64,000 nucleotides of DNA. Origin: Octopus sinensis (Eukaryota). Each line of letters begins with the position of its first letter. The stretch's first letter is position 1. Position numbers and translations under genes: made by a program. The notes below the pieces were generated by a model, which saw nothing but the letters and a program-made list of their open reading frames with translations, did not search any database and had not been told where the DNA came from. Positions 53,600 through 64,000 of this stretch are shown here, one piece after another. The stretch covers positions 123,442,001 through 123,506,000 of the forward strand of contig NC_042997.1 of NCBI RefSeq assembly GCF_006345805.1, written 5' to 3'.

Positions 53600-53905
53600 G
53601 ACCCCTAACTGTATCCTGTTAGGAAACCAATCAAGCGGAACGACAAGTTTGACCACGGAAGAAAAACGTCATCAATTTTTTGACGAATCGAAATTAGATC
53701 TGACCCATGACTGTATCCTGTTAGGTGGCTAGCCCAGCAGAACGAGTAGTTTGACCACGAAAAAAACGTCATCAATGTTTTGACGAATCAAAATCGGGTC
53801 TGACCCATAACTGTATCTTGTGAGGAAACCGACCAAGCAGGGTGACAATAGCTTGACCACTGAGGTAAAACGTCATCAATTTTTTGACGAATCAGAATTA
53901 GATTT
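53600..53905. repeat. Three ~101-bp tandem units in the PLE 3' region
   Basis: GACCC.T.ACTGTATC starts at 53600, 53702 and 53802. CGTCATCAAT....TGACG occurs at 53667, 53767 and 53871. Confidence 0.9.
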
Positions 53906-54146
53906 GCTCGCAGAGAAAGAAATCTTTTTATAAATTTTTCCTTCCCTAAGACATACCAATGCCAGCGTGATTGACTGTTTAAGGATCTGAGAAATTTTTA
54001 ATTCGCCCCACCTCCATTATTTTAATTCTCTCACTGTGGCCGTAGCAACAGTGACCACGGTGGTTGTAGTAGTAGTGCGAGTTGTGGCAGTCGTAGTGGT
54101 TGTGGTAGAATTTCGTTTTTCTTTTTCGGAAGACCAATGTTTTGTT

Positions 54147-54770
54147 TTAATATTCCTGGCCCAGGGTGTTCAAACTTGGTCTAAATTTTTTGATGAAATA
54201 AAGTTCTTTATTTTGGCGTCGCGTGAAGGTTACGCTGTCACTGAATTTGTAAAGTGGGTAGGTTGTAAATTTCGGATTTACATTTGCAGCACATCTATCT
54301 ATGTGTCCGCTGACCGGTATTTTCCGGTATTCAGGGTTTCTAATTTGTGATTTATGCACCGCCATCCTGTTATGTAAGCTATTTTTTGTATGGCCTATAT
54401 ACTGCCTATTGCAGCCTGCGCATGTTAAGACGTAAATTAAGTTTTCTGATGCACAGGTGAAGTTTGCTCTAATGGTGAACTGATGGCCTTGTTCTAGTAT
54501 AACTTCTGAACCTTCTACCAAGATGACACAGATTCCGCAGTTGGGCCTTCCACATTTTCTAACTGCTGGTTTTGTGGATGATGTTGAGTGCTGTTTAGCT
54601 TGGGTTAAAATCCTTTTCAAGGATTTTGGTTGCCGTTTACTTTTAATGATGGTGTGTGTTTCGAGGATCCGGTTCATCTTTGGGTCTCCCTTTAGCAGGG
54701 CTGTGCCTTGTAGTATGGTGCTGAAGGCCTCATTGTTGAGTGGGTTGTGTGTAGAGATGGAGGGAAGGGT
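54147..54770 (-). pseudogene. PLE GIY-YIG endonuclease domain (frameshifted from the RT)
   Basis: KCGRPNCGIC...NLIYVLTCAGCNRQYIGHT...RMAVH...VSGH...ELYFIKKFRPSLN. The frame opens upstream at TLPSISTHNP (~54770). Confidence 0.92.
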
Positions 54771-56443
54771 TTTAATTGTTCTTTCTTTTTTGGTTTTGTT
54801 TGCCTCAGGTCTTCTATACTTAATTTAAGTGCCCGTTGGATTGCACTGTCTATTAGGGGCTGTGGATAGTTTCTATTTGTGAGTGTGGTTCTAAGTTCCT
54901 GAAGAAGTGTGTGTCGGGTGTTTGTGTCTGATATTATGGTGCAAATCCTTCTAGCTAAACAAAAAGGGACATTTATTCTAGTGTGTCGTGGGTGGCATGA
55001 ATCAAAGGGTAGGTACTGTTTGGAGTCTGTCGGTTTATAGTAAATACCTGTCTCTATTTTGTTGCCGGTTTTCTTAATGAGGTTGTCTAAAAATGGTAAT
55101 TCTTCTTCGTTGGGATCCATCGTGAATTGTATATTATCATTTATTCCATTTAATAGTATTTTAAATTCCTCAAGTTTCTCTATACTTTTATCCCAGATGA
55201 TGAAACAGTCGTCGAGGTATCTTTTCCAGTTGTTCTGGATATAGGTGCAGAAGGTGTTTCCATATTTCTCGAGTGTTATCTGGTAGAGTATTTTCTCGAG
55301 GTATCCCATCACTAGGTTGGCAAAAGAAGGCGCAGTACGCGTGCCCATCGCTGTTCCCGATCTTTGTCTGTAGAAATTATTGTCAAAAATAAAGTAATTG
55401 TTTTCTAAAATAAATCTAAGTCCTTCTATTATAAGGTCTTTGTTTATGCGAGTTGGGAGTTCAAAGGAATAGTTATTCAGCCAGAAGGTGATCGCTTCTA
55501 TTCCTAGGTTGTGAGGGATGTTAGAATAAACGTTAACTACGTCGAATGATTCTAGAAGGGTTTTCTCATTGACTGTTTTAGGGAGGTGGTTGAGCATGTC
55601 TATATCGTCTCTTACGTAGCTTTTGATGTGTTTTAGGAAAGGTTTAAGAAGTGTGTCTAAGAAAATGCTGAGGCAGTGAGTCTCACATGCTGGCCCTGCT
55701 GTTATCGGTCTAAGTTTAAGATCATTTGGTGAAGGGATTTTGATGAGTATATCGGTAGATGTTTTGCATGTTTCTCAAATTATTTGGCTTTTGTGTACTT
55801 TAGGGATACCATAGAACAAACTCGATTTGCACTTGAAGTTAGTGATGTATTCATACTCCTTGTCCGTGAGTCCTTCTCGGTATGTGTTGATTAGTGTCCT
55901 AAGGTTATAGATTATTTTTTGCTGATTATACTGTTGGGCCCTTTCATAATACGTTTCATCCCTTAATAGGGATAGCACTAAATTTTTATAATCGTTTGTA
56001 TTCATTACTACTATCGCGTTGCCCTTATCTGCCTCCTTAATTGTTATTGCTTTGTCTTCTCTTAGTTTGATGAGGTCGTTCCATTCTCTTTTGTTAAAGT
56101 TAGGGCTGTGTTTTTGTTTCTTGGTGAATTGAAACGGGAAATTAGTTATGTAGTCACAATAGCGGTCTAAGGCTTTATTCTTTCCCTTGGTAGGGGTGTA
56201 ATTGCTCTTGTTTCTAGCTATTGATTCCTCATCTATTTGTTTGCCATGAAATTCCTCGGTAAGTCTTAGTTTCCTGCAAAATTCCGAAATATCATCTTTC
56301 ATTTCATAGTAATTAGAACGTTGTGGGATTAGTGTAAATTTAAGTCCTTTGGAGAGTGTGCTTATTTCGTTAGGTGTAAGTTCTTTGTTTGAGAGATTGA
56401 TTATCTTAATTACCTGAGGTTTCTTTTGTTTGTCCTTTGCCAT
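54770..56443 (-). pseudogene. PLE DKG + reverse transcriptase; one in-frame TGA at 55777-55775
   Basis: KEADKGNAIVVM, GIPKVHK, LRPITAGPACET, SFDVVNVYSNIP, GTAMGTRTAPSFANL, WKRYLDDCF, LPFLD, YLPFDSCHP. ORFs 55775-56443 and 54692-55597 are in the same frame, with the 59 intervening codons open. Confidence 0.93.
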
Positions 56444-56760
56444 CGTGTGTCCCTGTTCCTGTGTGTAAGGTCTAAAAAATGGTTGGTGTAGTTACGTTCA
56501 AAACTACTGTTTATCTGTCTCATGTTGTTATAATTGTCAGAGTGAGTTTGTGGTGCTCTGTTTTGAAGTGTGCTGTTTTACCTAGTGTTCCGTTTTAGTT
56601 CATCAGGTATATTGTGTTGGTAGTTGTTTTTCCCGTAGTGCATTTGTTGTTTGTTAGGTTTGTATGGTTGGTTCCTAGGGTGGATGTTTGGTGGTAGAGT
56701 TTTAGTTTGGTTATGTGGATTGTATTTCATAGAATTGTATGTTGTAGCCCTTTGGTTCGT

Positions 56761-57026
56761 GAAATGGTGTGGTGGGCCCCTGTAAGTGTTTTGGGGTTGG
56801 TGTAGGTAGTGTGGAGTGCGTTTTAAATGTATTTTTCTGGTGTAGAGTGTGTTTGGATTTCTTGGTGGTTGTTCTGTTCTGTTGGTATATCTATTCTCGA
56901 AATGGTGTGGTGGGCCTCTGTAGGTGTTTTGGGGTTGGTGTAGGCAGTGTGGGGTGTGTTTTAAGTGTATTTTTCTGGTGTAGAGTGTGTTTGGATTTCT
57001 TGGTGGTTGTTCCGTTCTGTTGGTAT
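56761..57026. repeat. Two-copy tandem duplication, 138-bp period, in the PLE N-terminal coding region
   Basis: 56761-56888 and 56899-57026. Gives the repeated peptide TNRTEQPPRNPNTLYTRKIHLK.TPH.LHQPQNTYRGPPHHF. Confidence 0.93.
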
Positions 57027-57034
57027 TTGGTTTT

Positions 57035-57192
57035 GGTACAACAAGGCACCAATATTTGCTGGAAATAGCTGTCGATAACCTTATGGGGCTATGTAAAATT
57101 TCACTGATTGTATACTGGCAAATATGTTCTTTACATAACGCTGCAGGGTTATCGACTGCTATTTCCAGCAAACATTGGTGCCTTGTTGTACC
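57035..57192. repeat. 46-bp inverted repeat (44/46 match, 66-nt loop) at the PLE 5' end
   Basis: 57035-57080 versus 57147-57192. A diverged direct copy of the right arm and its flank begins at 57561. Confidence 0.9.
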
Positions 57193-58011
57193 ACCATTTT
57201 CTATTTATTATTCTATCTTATAGTAGTTTATTTAGCTGGAAAATAATTCTATTTACTTGCAATAATGTTTATATTTTTTATATAAAACCTTTCACTGACC
57301 TCGGTTCTCTTTACGGCTACACGTTCAACCAAATACTGACATTGATGTAACGAATATTTAAAATTTCGTCTTTTGTGAATCTAGCTGGTGAGGACTACCC
57401 AAATTTATGATAACAGGCATTTTAGGAGAGTACTAGACTATGCACTCTAGGTTGTCCATCTATTCGATATCCTTACTAGAATTAAGACGAATTTTTTCTA
57501 TTCGTTGTCCACGCACATCTTTCCCAGCATACATTCAGTGGAGCTTTACAGAGCACCGTACGGTTATGAACCGCTATTTCCTGGAAAAATTGGTGCTTTG
57601 TACCACTATTCTGTATTTATTAGTCTACCTTATTTATTAGTCTACGGTGTTTTATTTATCTGGAGAATAATACTATTGTATTATCGTTTATACAATACAA
57701 TAATACTATTGTATTGTGTATATACATATATATATAGGAAAAGAAGTAGTCAGAATTTTGGATAATTCTTTATTAGCGCTTTCTTTGGTTTATCGAACTC
57801 ATCGAGACAGAATCAAAAGGGTAAAAATAAAACGTTTGGTTGTTTGTTTATATGCGATGATTTTTTTTTTTTTTGGCTATGTTTAGAAGAGGAGAAAAAT
57901 ATTTTTGTTATTTTGGGGGGTAGAGAGAAAGAAAAACAAAGAAGGGGAGAAAATAGACTGAGAGACTTCAGGAGGGTCAAAAATTGGGAAAAATCATAAG
58001 GATGGGGAAAG

Positions 58012-58069
<58 letters not shown>

Positions 58070-58180
58070 CAGATAAGTAAATATTTCTGAACGTGGGTCC
58101 AATACTAATAACGTGATATCTCTATAATAGATCATACATATATATGCATACATACATATATACATATATAATACATACAT

Positions 58181-58262
<82 letters not shown>

Positions 58263-58802
58263 CATTGAGATTTTGACAACTGTTGTCCTTATAAGACTTA
58301 CATATACCCGAGAAAGAATACTAGAGCCATGTTACCACTGATTAGGAAAGATATCTAATGTAGCTTCTTGGCAAAGTAATTCGTGAAAAATTTCTCTTTT
58401 GGATTATCTTATCCAAGCAAGCAATAAAAAAGAAAAATAAATCCTACGAAATCATGAAAGATACTCAAAAATATATTTAAGTAGGCCCAGCTTTATTTTA
58501 TAATTTATATCCGAAAGAGTGACTTCCAGCTATATATAGAATATAGATTTTAATACAAAACTCCTTTGTGATGTTTCATTAAATGTATATAGAGAATATA
58601 AATGTACATAAAGAATATTCCTTCCCATCCTACTACCTAAAATTGACATTGTAGGTCACCAGTCCATGTGATAAAATGTGTTTATTTACAAATATGTTGA
58701 TATACAATGGGAAAGAAGAGAATAAAACAAGAAAAAAAGAAAAAAAAGGAAAATTCTTTGTAATGAAATTTTAATGGGTTGACCACGTCCAAATAAAAAA
58801 CA

Positions 58803-58836
<34 letters not shown>

Positions 58837-59238
58837 CTGTCTATCTACCTATATCTCTGTGTATATATCTACCTGTCTATCCTTTACTCTATCTTTTATT
58901 ATTTTTTCCTTTGTATTGATTGTCCTGAAAATTCTCTCTGTGTTTTTCTCCTCCTCTTTGCTCTTCTTTGTACTCTTTAGCCCTTTTCCCCAGAAAACAA
59001 ATATTATATTCCTCTTCTAAACAAGACAAAAAGGATAATCTCATTCATATAAATTAACGAAAACTTCTGTTTTTACCGATTTAATTTTGTCATGAGTTCG
59101 ATGAACGAACGAAAGCGCTACTAAGGAATTATCCAACATTGTGACTCTCTCCTTTTTCCCCAATTTACAATATATGTACACCACTGCAAACACTCTATAC
59201 ATACATACACAAATACACACACACACACACACACACAC

Positions 59239-59281
<43 letters not shown>

Positions 59282-59379
59282 TATATATATATACACACAT
59301 ATATATATAAAGGAGAGAGAGATACATGTATATATATATATTATATACGTACAAATGCCACAGTGCTTAACTACAGTCT

Positions 59380-59470
59380 ACTTTGGCAGAATTTGAAATC
59401 AGAAGACAGCGACAGACATAATACCGCTAAGCATTCTGTCCAACGCCCTAAAGATTTGGCTAGCTCGCTG
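59380..59470 (-). mobile_element. SINE S1 head fragment
   Basis: GGCAGAATTTGAAATCAGAA...ATACCGCTAAGCATT...CTAGCTCGCTGC. Confidence 0.7.
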
Positions 59471-59510
59471 CATTTTATTTTTTCTATAAACTCCCCAATA
59501 GGTGTATGTA

Positions 59511-59604
<94 letters not shown>

Positions 59605-59649
59605 AATTTATATGTATGCGTGTGTACGTGTGTGTGTAATGCGATATAT

Positions 59650-60080
59650 TCAATGGATGCCGTTGCATATTTGGACGAAGCACTGCCATTCAGTTGGTCA
59701 TCTAAGTCAAGCGGAGACCATCTGTAGTTTTTTGACGTTTGGTTGCAAAGTAGGTAATACTGGCCATGTTTGCATTTCCGAAGAGAGGTGACCAGGTTGT
59801 CATTTGAAACGTGAAGAGCCATGAACCACAAGCTATTATGTGATTTGGGGCCTAACACGCATCGCTGTTCGTAATCGACTTTGACTCAGGAGATTCTCTG
59901 CCAACAAGGATCGGGGAATGTATAGAACCACTGAAATAAGAGGAAAGGGAGAAGGGAAAGGAAGCCCTGCGGGGAGTGTGGGGTGATGAGGGAGTGTTTC
60001 CTTACTTATTGAGGAAAATTGAGGAACTAAACTTGAAGGTAATATATATAGATGGCAGAGAATATCCGCCACTACTTAAC
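59650..60080 (-). mobile_element. Possible old LINE 3' remnant
   Basis: GC-richer island. The minus-strand peptides (SKETLPHHPTLPAG, LSQSRLR) loosely resemble the C-termini of invertebrate LINE ORF2. No diagnostic motif. Confidence 0.3.
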
Positions 60081-60515
60081 ATTTAATACGGCGTGTTGTT
60101 ATATTGAAACACACTAGGATACTTCGACATAATCAGTTGATGACATCAGCCTTTCCTGACTTAGGCTATGTTCAACATAATGAGTTAATGAGAAGCATTT
60201 TGTATTGGAATTAATCATTCTGCTTAAAATATGTGTGTATGTGTCTCTGTGTGCGAGTGTGTGCTTGAGTGTATGTGTGCGCGCGCGAGAAGTGATTACG
60301 TAAGGATTCTGTTTTTTGGCGTTTTATTCAGTTTCTTCCAAACTGAAGAACATTCCGTTTGTAAACAAGAAACAAAAAGTCATTTATTATATTTCAAAAT
60401 ATCTGCTGGGTAGACTTGCATTTACATATCAACATGTCTCTATGTTTCCTATAAACACACACAAACACACACACAACAAACACATGTATACGTGTGTAAG
60501 TCTCTGTGTGTGTAC

Positions 60516-60546
<31 letters not shown>

Positions 60547-60839
60547 ATATATATATATTGCATATATACATACACACACACACACACGCACACACATACT
60601 CACATATCCTTTCAGTGAGTTTTCAGGAAACCTTTTGAATATGCATATTAAAATCTGCTATATTATCATGCCGGCCATAGCCTAATGATGCCATCTGGCA
60701 ATATCAGCTTTTTTATGGTCACACAGAGCTGTGCTGGTATAATGTATGTGCAGAAATAGGCTCTTTGAGAGTTTTGACAGCAGGCTGCCCTCTGTTGTCA
60801 CAGAATGGACTGGAACAAAACAGACCGAGCGTAAAACAA

Positions 60840-60865
60840 TAATAATAATAATGATGATGATGATG

Positions 60866-60943
<78 letters not shown>

Positions 60944-60978
60944 TGATGATGTTGATGATGATGATGATGATGATGATG

Positions 60979-61011
<33 letters not shown>

Positions 61012-61022
61012 TAATAATAATA

Positions 61023-61121
<99 letters not shown>

Positions 61122-61150
61122 TGATGATGATGAGGAGGAGGAGGAGGAGG
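60840..61150. repeat. (AAT)n/(GAT)n array
   Basis: Directly visible. A further pure (AAT)n run lies at 61497-61575. Confidence 0.95.
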
Positions 61151-61194
61151 CGGATAGTAGTAATAGAAATAACAAACGGAAAGAGAAAAAAAAA

Positions 61195-61493
61195 GAGAAA
61201 AAGATCTGGATATAGAGGTAACTCGAATGTGGAATCTAAAAACAGAAACAATTCCTATCATAGTGGGCGCATTAGGTATGATAAAAAAATATTCAAATAC
61301 ATAACAAAAACACCAGGACTTACAAAAGTATATATAACACAGAAAATTGCACTACTGGGCACTGCACACATCCTACGCAAAACACTTTCAATACAGTAAC
61401 CATAAAAGAATCACAGCAAACCACAGCACATACCCTAGGCACACAGAGCTGCGCTCGCTGCTGAAATGAGAGCACGCTATAAAAATAAGATTA

Positions 61494-61496
<3 letters not shown>
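61195..61496 (+). mobile_element. R4/Dong-type LINE 3' end (5'-truncated) within a (TAA)n array
   Basis: KDLDIEVTRMWNLKTETIPIIVGALG...IQKIALLGTAHILRKTLSIQ* (RLE C-terminus), then a ~100-bp 3' UTR running straight into (AAT)n. Confidence 0.88.
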
Positions 61497-61574
<78 letters not shown>

Positions 61575-61578
<4 letters not shown>

Positions 61579-61734
61579 CCGGGGACGTTTAAGAGAGAAC
61601 ACCGGGGACGTTTAAGAGAGAACACCGGGGACGTTTAAGAGGAGAACACCGGGGACGTTTAAGAGAGAACACCGGGGACGTTTAATAAGAGAACACGGGG
61701 GACGTTTAAGAGAGAACACCGGGGACGTTTAAGA
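61575..61734 (+). repeat. Seven tandem copies of a 23-bp unit AACACCGGGGACGTTTAAGAGAG
   Basis: Unit starts at 61575, 61598, 61621, 61645, 61668, 61692 and 61715. Begins directly after (AAT)n. Confidence 0.95.
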
Positions 61735-63130
61735 TGTAAGAAGGAAAATACAGAGTTCCGAAATCTATCCACAAACATCGAAAACAAGGACATCCTATGG
61801 AGCCAAAGATTTACTAACAAAGAATTGGACTGTATCCGAGTAAGTAATACTAATTGAAATTTATTACTATTTTCGAAACGAAATGATGTATTTTGAATCG
61901 ATATTATCTCCACCTCTAACACAACACATGTAAACATGCGTGGAACATCACGATCATCCCCGACCTCAAACACCATGTACAAAGGAACTACGAAGAAATT
62001 AAATGCCACCGATACTATTCAACCCAAGAATAACAATCGAGCGGTACGTACATTAAACTTACAACAAAAAATGTACGAAAAACTACACGTGCGAAATAAT
62101 GTGACAGCAGAAATAAACGGACCGGTACCCTACGAATATGACGACCGTCAAAATAATGGGCCGGACGTTGTACCTCATGTCCCGCAAATAAAACCCAAAA
62201 GACGTAAATGGACACATGAGGAATACATTTCTATCTTACACGCATACTTCACAGCAATGCTCTACCCAAAAAATGAAAATACAACAACACATACATATAA
62301 AATATGGAAGGAAAATAATAGAGATATAGACTTGGATACAGCAATGAACCCTAATAAATTAGCTAACGTACGAAGATACATTCTCAAAGCCAAAAAAATA
62401 TCAGAAATAGAAATAGAACATTTAAAAGAAAAGATTCACCAGGAAAATGTAGATAGAAGCCACACAACAATGCCCAATAATATAAACACTGAAACTGTAA
62501 AACACGAAGACAAACGCAACATTCCCAACAAACACGATGTAAACAACGAAGGGGAGCCTAATGATTATGATAATATAAAAAATAAAATAATCAAAGAACT
62601 GAAAACCACAGAGCCCAAAATGGACCACCGACCATACCCCCCAAGAATAAAAATAAACGAAATAACAACACCAATTATAAACAGCATAAACGTAGCCGTC
62701 ACTGAACTGCCACTGAAACAAAAAAAAGTAATATCACTGAACTAAATGACTTGATATACGCAGCAGCCACTGCAGCCACATAAATAACATCCAGAACAAA
62801 ATAAAAAAAATTAGAAAATACCTGTCGATTCTTAATGAAATCAGCAATCAACACTACTGAGCAACAAAAAGAGAACAAAAATGCTCCGCAAATATAACAT
62901 CACAGAAAAAGATTTGCCGGAGATAAAAGAAAAGCTGAAGCAAGATATCCTTGCCAAAGCTCAAAGGATCCGCCGGTACGAGAAACGCCAACGCTTCTTT
63001 GAACAGAACAAAAAGTTCAACTCCAACCCCAAAAAGTTCTACCAAGAACTGGGAAAAAATAAAATAGAAGTCACTGCAGCACCAACGGCAGAAGAATTGG
63101 AAGAATTCTGGAGAGAAATATGGTCGGTGA

Positions 63131-64000
63131 ACGAACAGCCAAAAAAAAAGGAGTATCAAAATAACAAACTCGGCATCTGAACAACTTTGGACCCCCATAA
63201 CAACTGAAGAGGTCACCCAGGCACTGCAAAAACTAAGCAAATGGAAGGCACCTTGGCATGACAAGATCCCCAACTTCTGGTTGAAATATCTAACAGGAAT
63301 GCATAAAAAGCTGGCTGAAAACTTTAACAGCATACTAGCAGAGCCAGAGACAATACCTGAATGGCTCACGAAGGGGAAAACCATCTTAATTCCCAAATCA
63401 AATGAAACAGCAAAACCAGAAAACTACAGACCGATAACCTGCCTCCCTACTATGTTCAAGGCATTTACTGCAGTGATATCGCAAAGGCTGAACAAGCACC
63501 TGGACGAAAACAAACTGTTCCCAGAAGAGCAGAAAGGATGCCGCAAAGGCTCATATGGCTGTAAAGATCAACTAATGATTAATAAAGCCGTAACTGAAGA
63601 CAGCCACAGAAAGAAGAAAGGCCTCAGTATGGCCTGGATTGACTACAAAAAGGCATTTGATAGCATCCCCCACATATGGATCCTCGAAACACTAGCCATT
63701 AACAAAGTAGCCCCAACAATCATAAAATTCATAGAGCACTCTATGAATAAATGGCAAACAGTCCTACACCTCCAAACAAAAGAGGGACTCATGAAAACCA
63801 AAGACATCCCCATTCGAAGAGGAATATTCCAGGGAGACACGCTCTCTCCACTCCTTTTCTGCTTGGCACTGTCACCTCTATCTGATATGCTAAATAGAAC
63901 TGGATGTGGATATAAATGTTACGGCAAACCGATCAGCCACCTTTTATATATGGATGACCTAAAACTATACGCTGCAAATGACAAACAGCTGGAAACACTA
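63131..64000 (+). CDS. Reverse transcriptase domain of the Dong-like LINE (open frame, partial)
   Basis: By-hand translation is open from 63131 to the window end: WKAPWHD, NYRPITCL, EQKGCRKG, WIDYKKAFDSIPH, RGIFQGDTLSPLLF, HLLYMDDLKLYA. Absent from the ORF track, probably because it has no stop inside the window. Confidence 0.9.

Larger units (their letters stand above)
53140..57080 (-). mobile_element. Penelope-like element, near full length, disrupted ORF
   Basis: Minus-strand order: low-complexity N-terminus, DKG domain, RT, CxxC/H-containing linker + GIY-YIG, ~1 kb 3' region with a decayed HHR (53229-53275), ending in (TA)n. The outer boundaries are inferred. Confidence 0.9.
61575..64000 (+). 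mobile_element. R4/Dong-type RLE LINE, 5' portion, truncated by the window end
   Basis: N-terminal KRRKWTHEEY...KLANVRRYI (61936-62745), AKAQRIRRYEKR...NPKKFY (62881-63180), then RT. Frameshifts lie between the segments. Inserted after (TAA)n. Confidence 0.92.

Noticed and set aside
53300-54146. SECIS element for the in-frame TGA of the PLE
   Set aside because: No AUGA/AA/GA motif with a pairing helix was found on the coding (minus) strand by eye. The AAA-loop hairpin in the tandem unit is on the antisense strand.
54760-54780. Programmed -1 frameshift between RT and GIY-YIG
   Set aside because: No XXXYYYZ slippery heptamer. PLEs normally have a single ORF, and other lesions show this copy is decayed.
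57380-57445. CTGGTGA-GGACT... as a candidate pLTR hammerhead
   Set aside because: No GAAA segment. It would need an assumed deletion, and stem I does not pair.
60680-60845. Third Dong 3' UTR upstream of the (AAT)n array
   Set aside because: Only a short match (CACACAGAGCTG.GCT) to 61440-61456, and no coding remnant.
61575-61734. CRISPR-like array
   Set aside because: The units are head-to-tail with no unique spacers, the context is eukaryotic and there are no cas genes.

Overview
AT-rich eukaryotic sequence, very dense in microsatellites and transposon relics. The SINE and microsatellite landscape points to a cephalopod, most likely Octopus (inference from recognised repeat families, not a database result). 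No host protein-coding gene could be supported, and most of the supplied ORFs are (TA)n/(CA)n/trinucleotide artefacts. Recognisable contents: (1) a nearly complete but disrupted Penelope-like element (PLE; RT + GIY-YIG, ~53.1-57.1 kb, minus strand) and two older PLE relics; (2) two R4/Dong-type RLE LINE copies in a (TAA)n array, one running off the window end; (3) fragments of RTE, CR1/L2-group and other RLE LINEs; (4) five Tc1/mariner relics; (5) more than 20 tRNA-derived SINE copies or fragments; (6) a 100-N gap. The most notable unexplained layer is a set of short microsatellite-associated elements carrying type I hammerhead ribozyme (HHR) motifs from about six unrelated families. Two copies have an intact catalytic core (12049-12094 +, 21831-21913 -). 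Several of these elements form inverted pairs, and there are additional 200-270 bp-arm foldback structures. All translations, folds and alignments were done by eye, and coordinates of degenerate elements are approximate.
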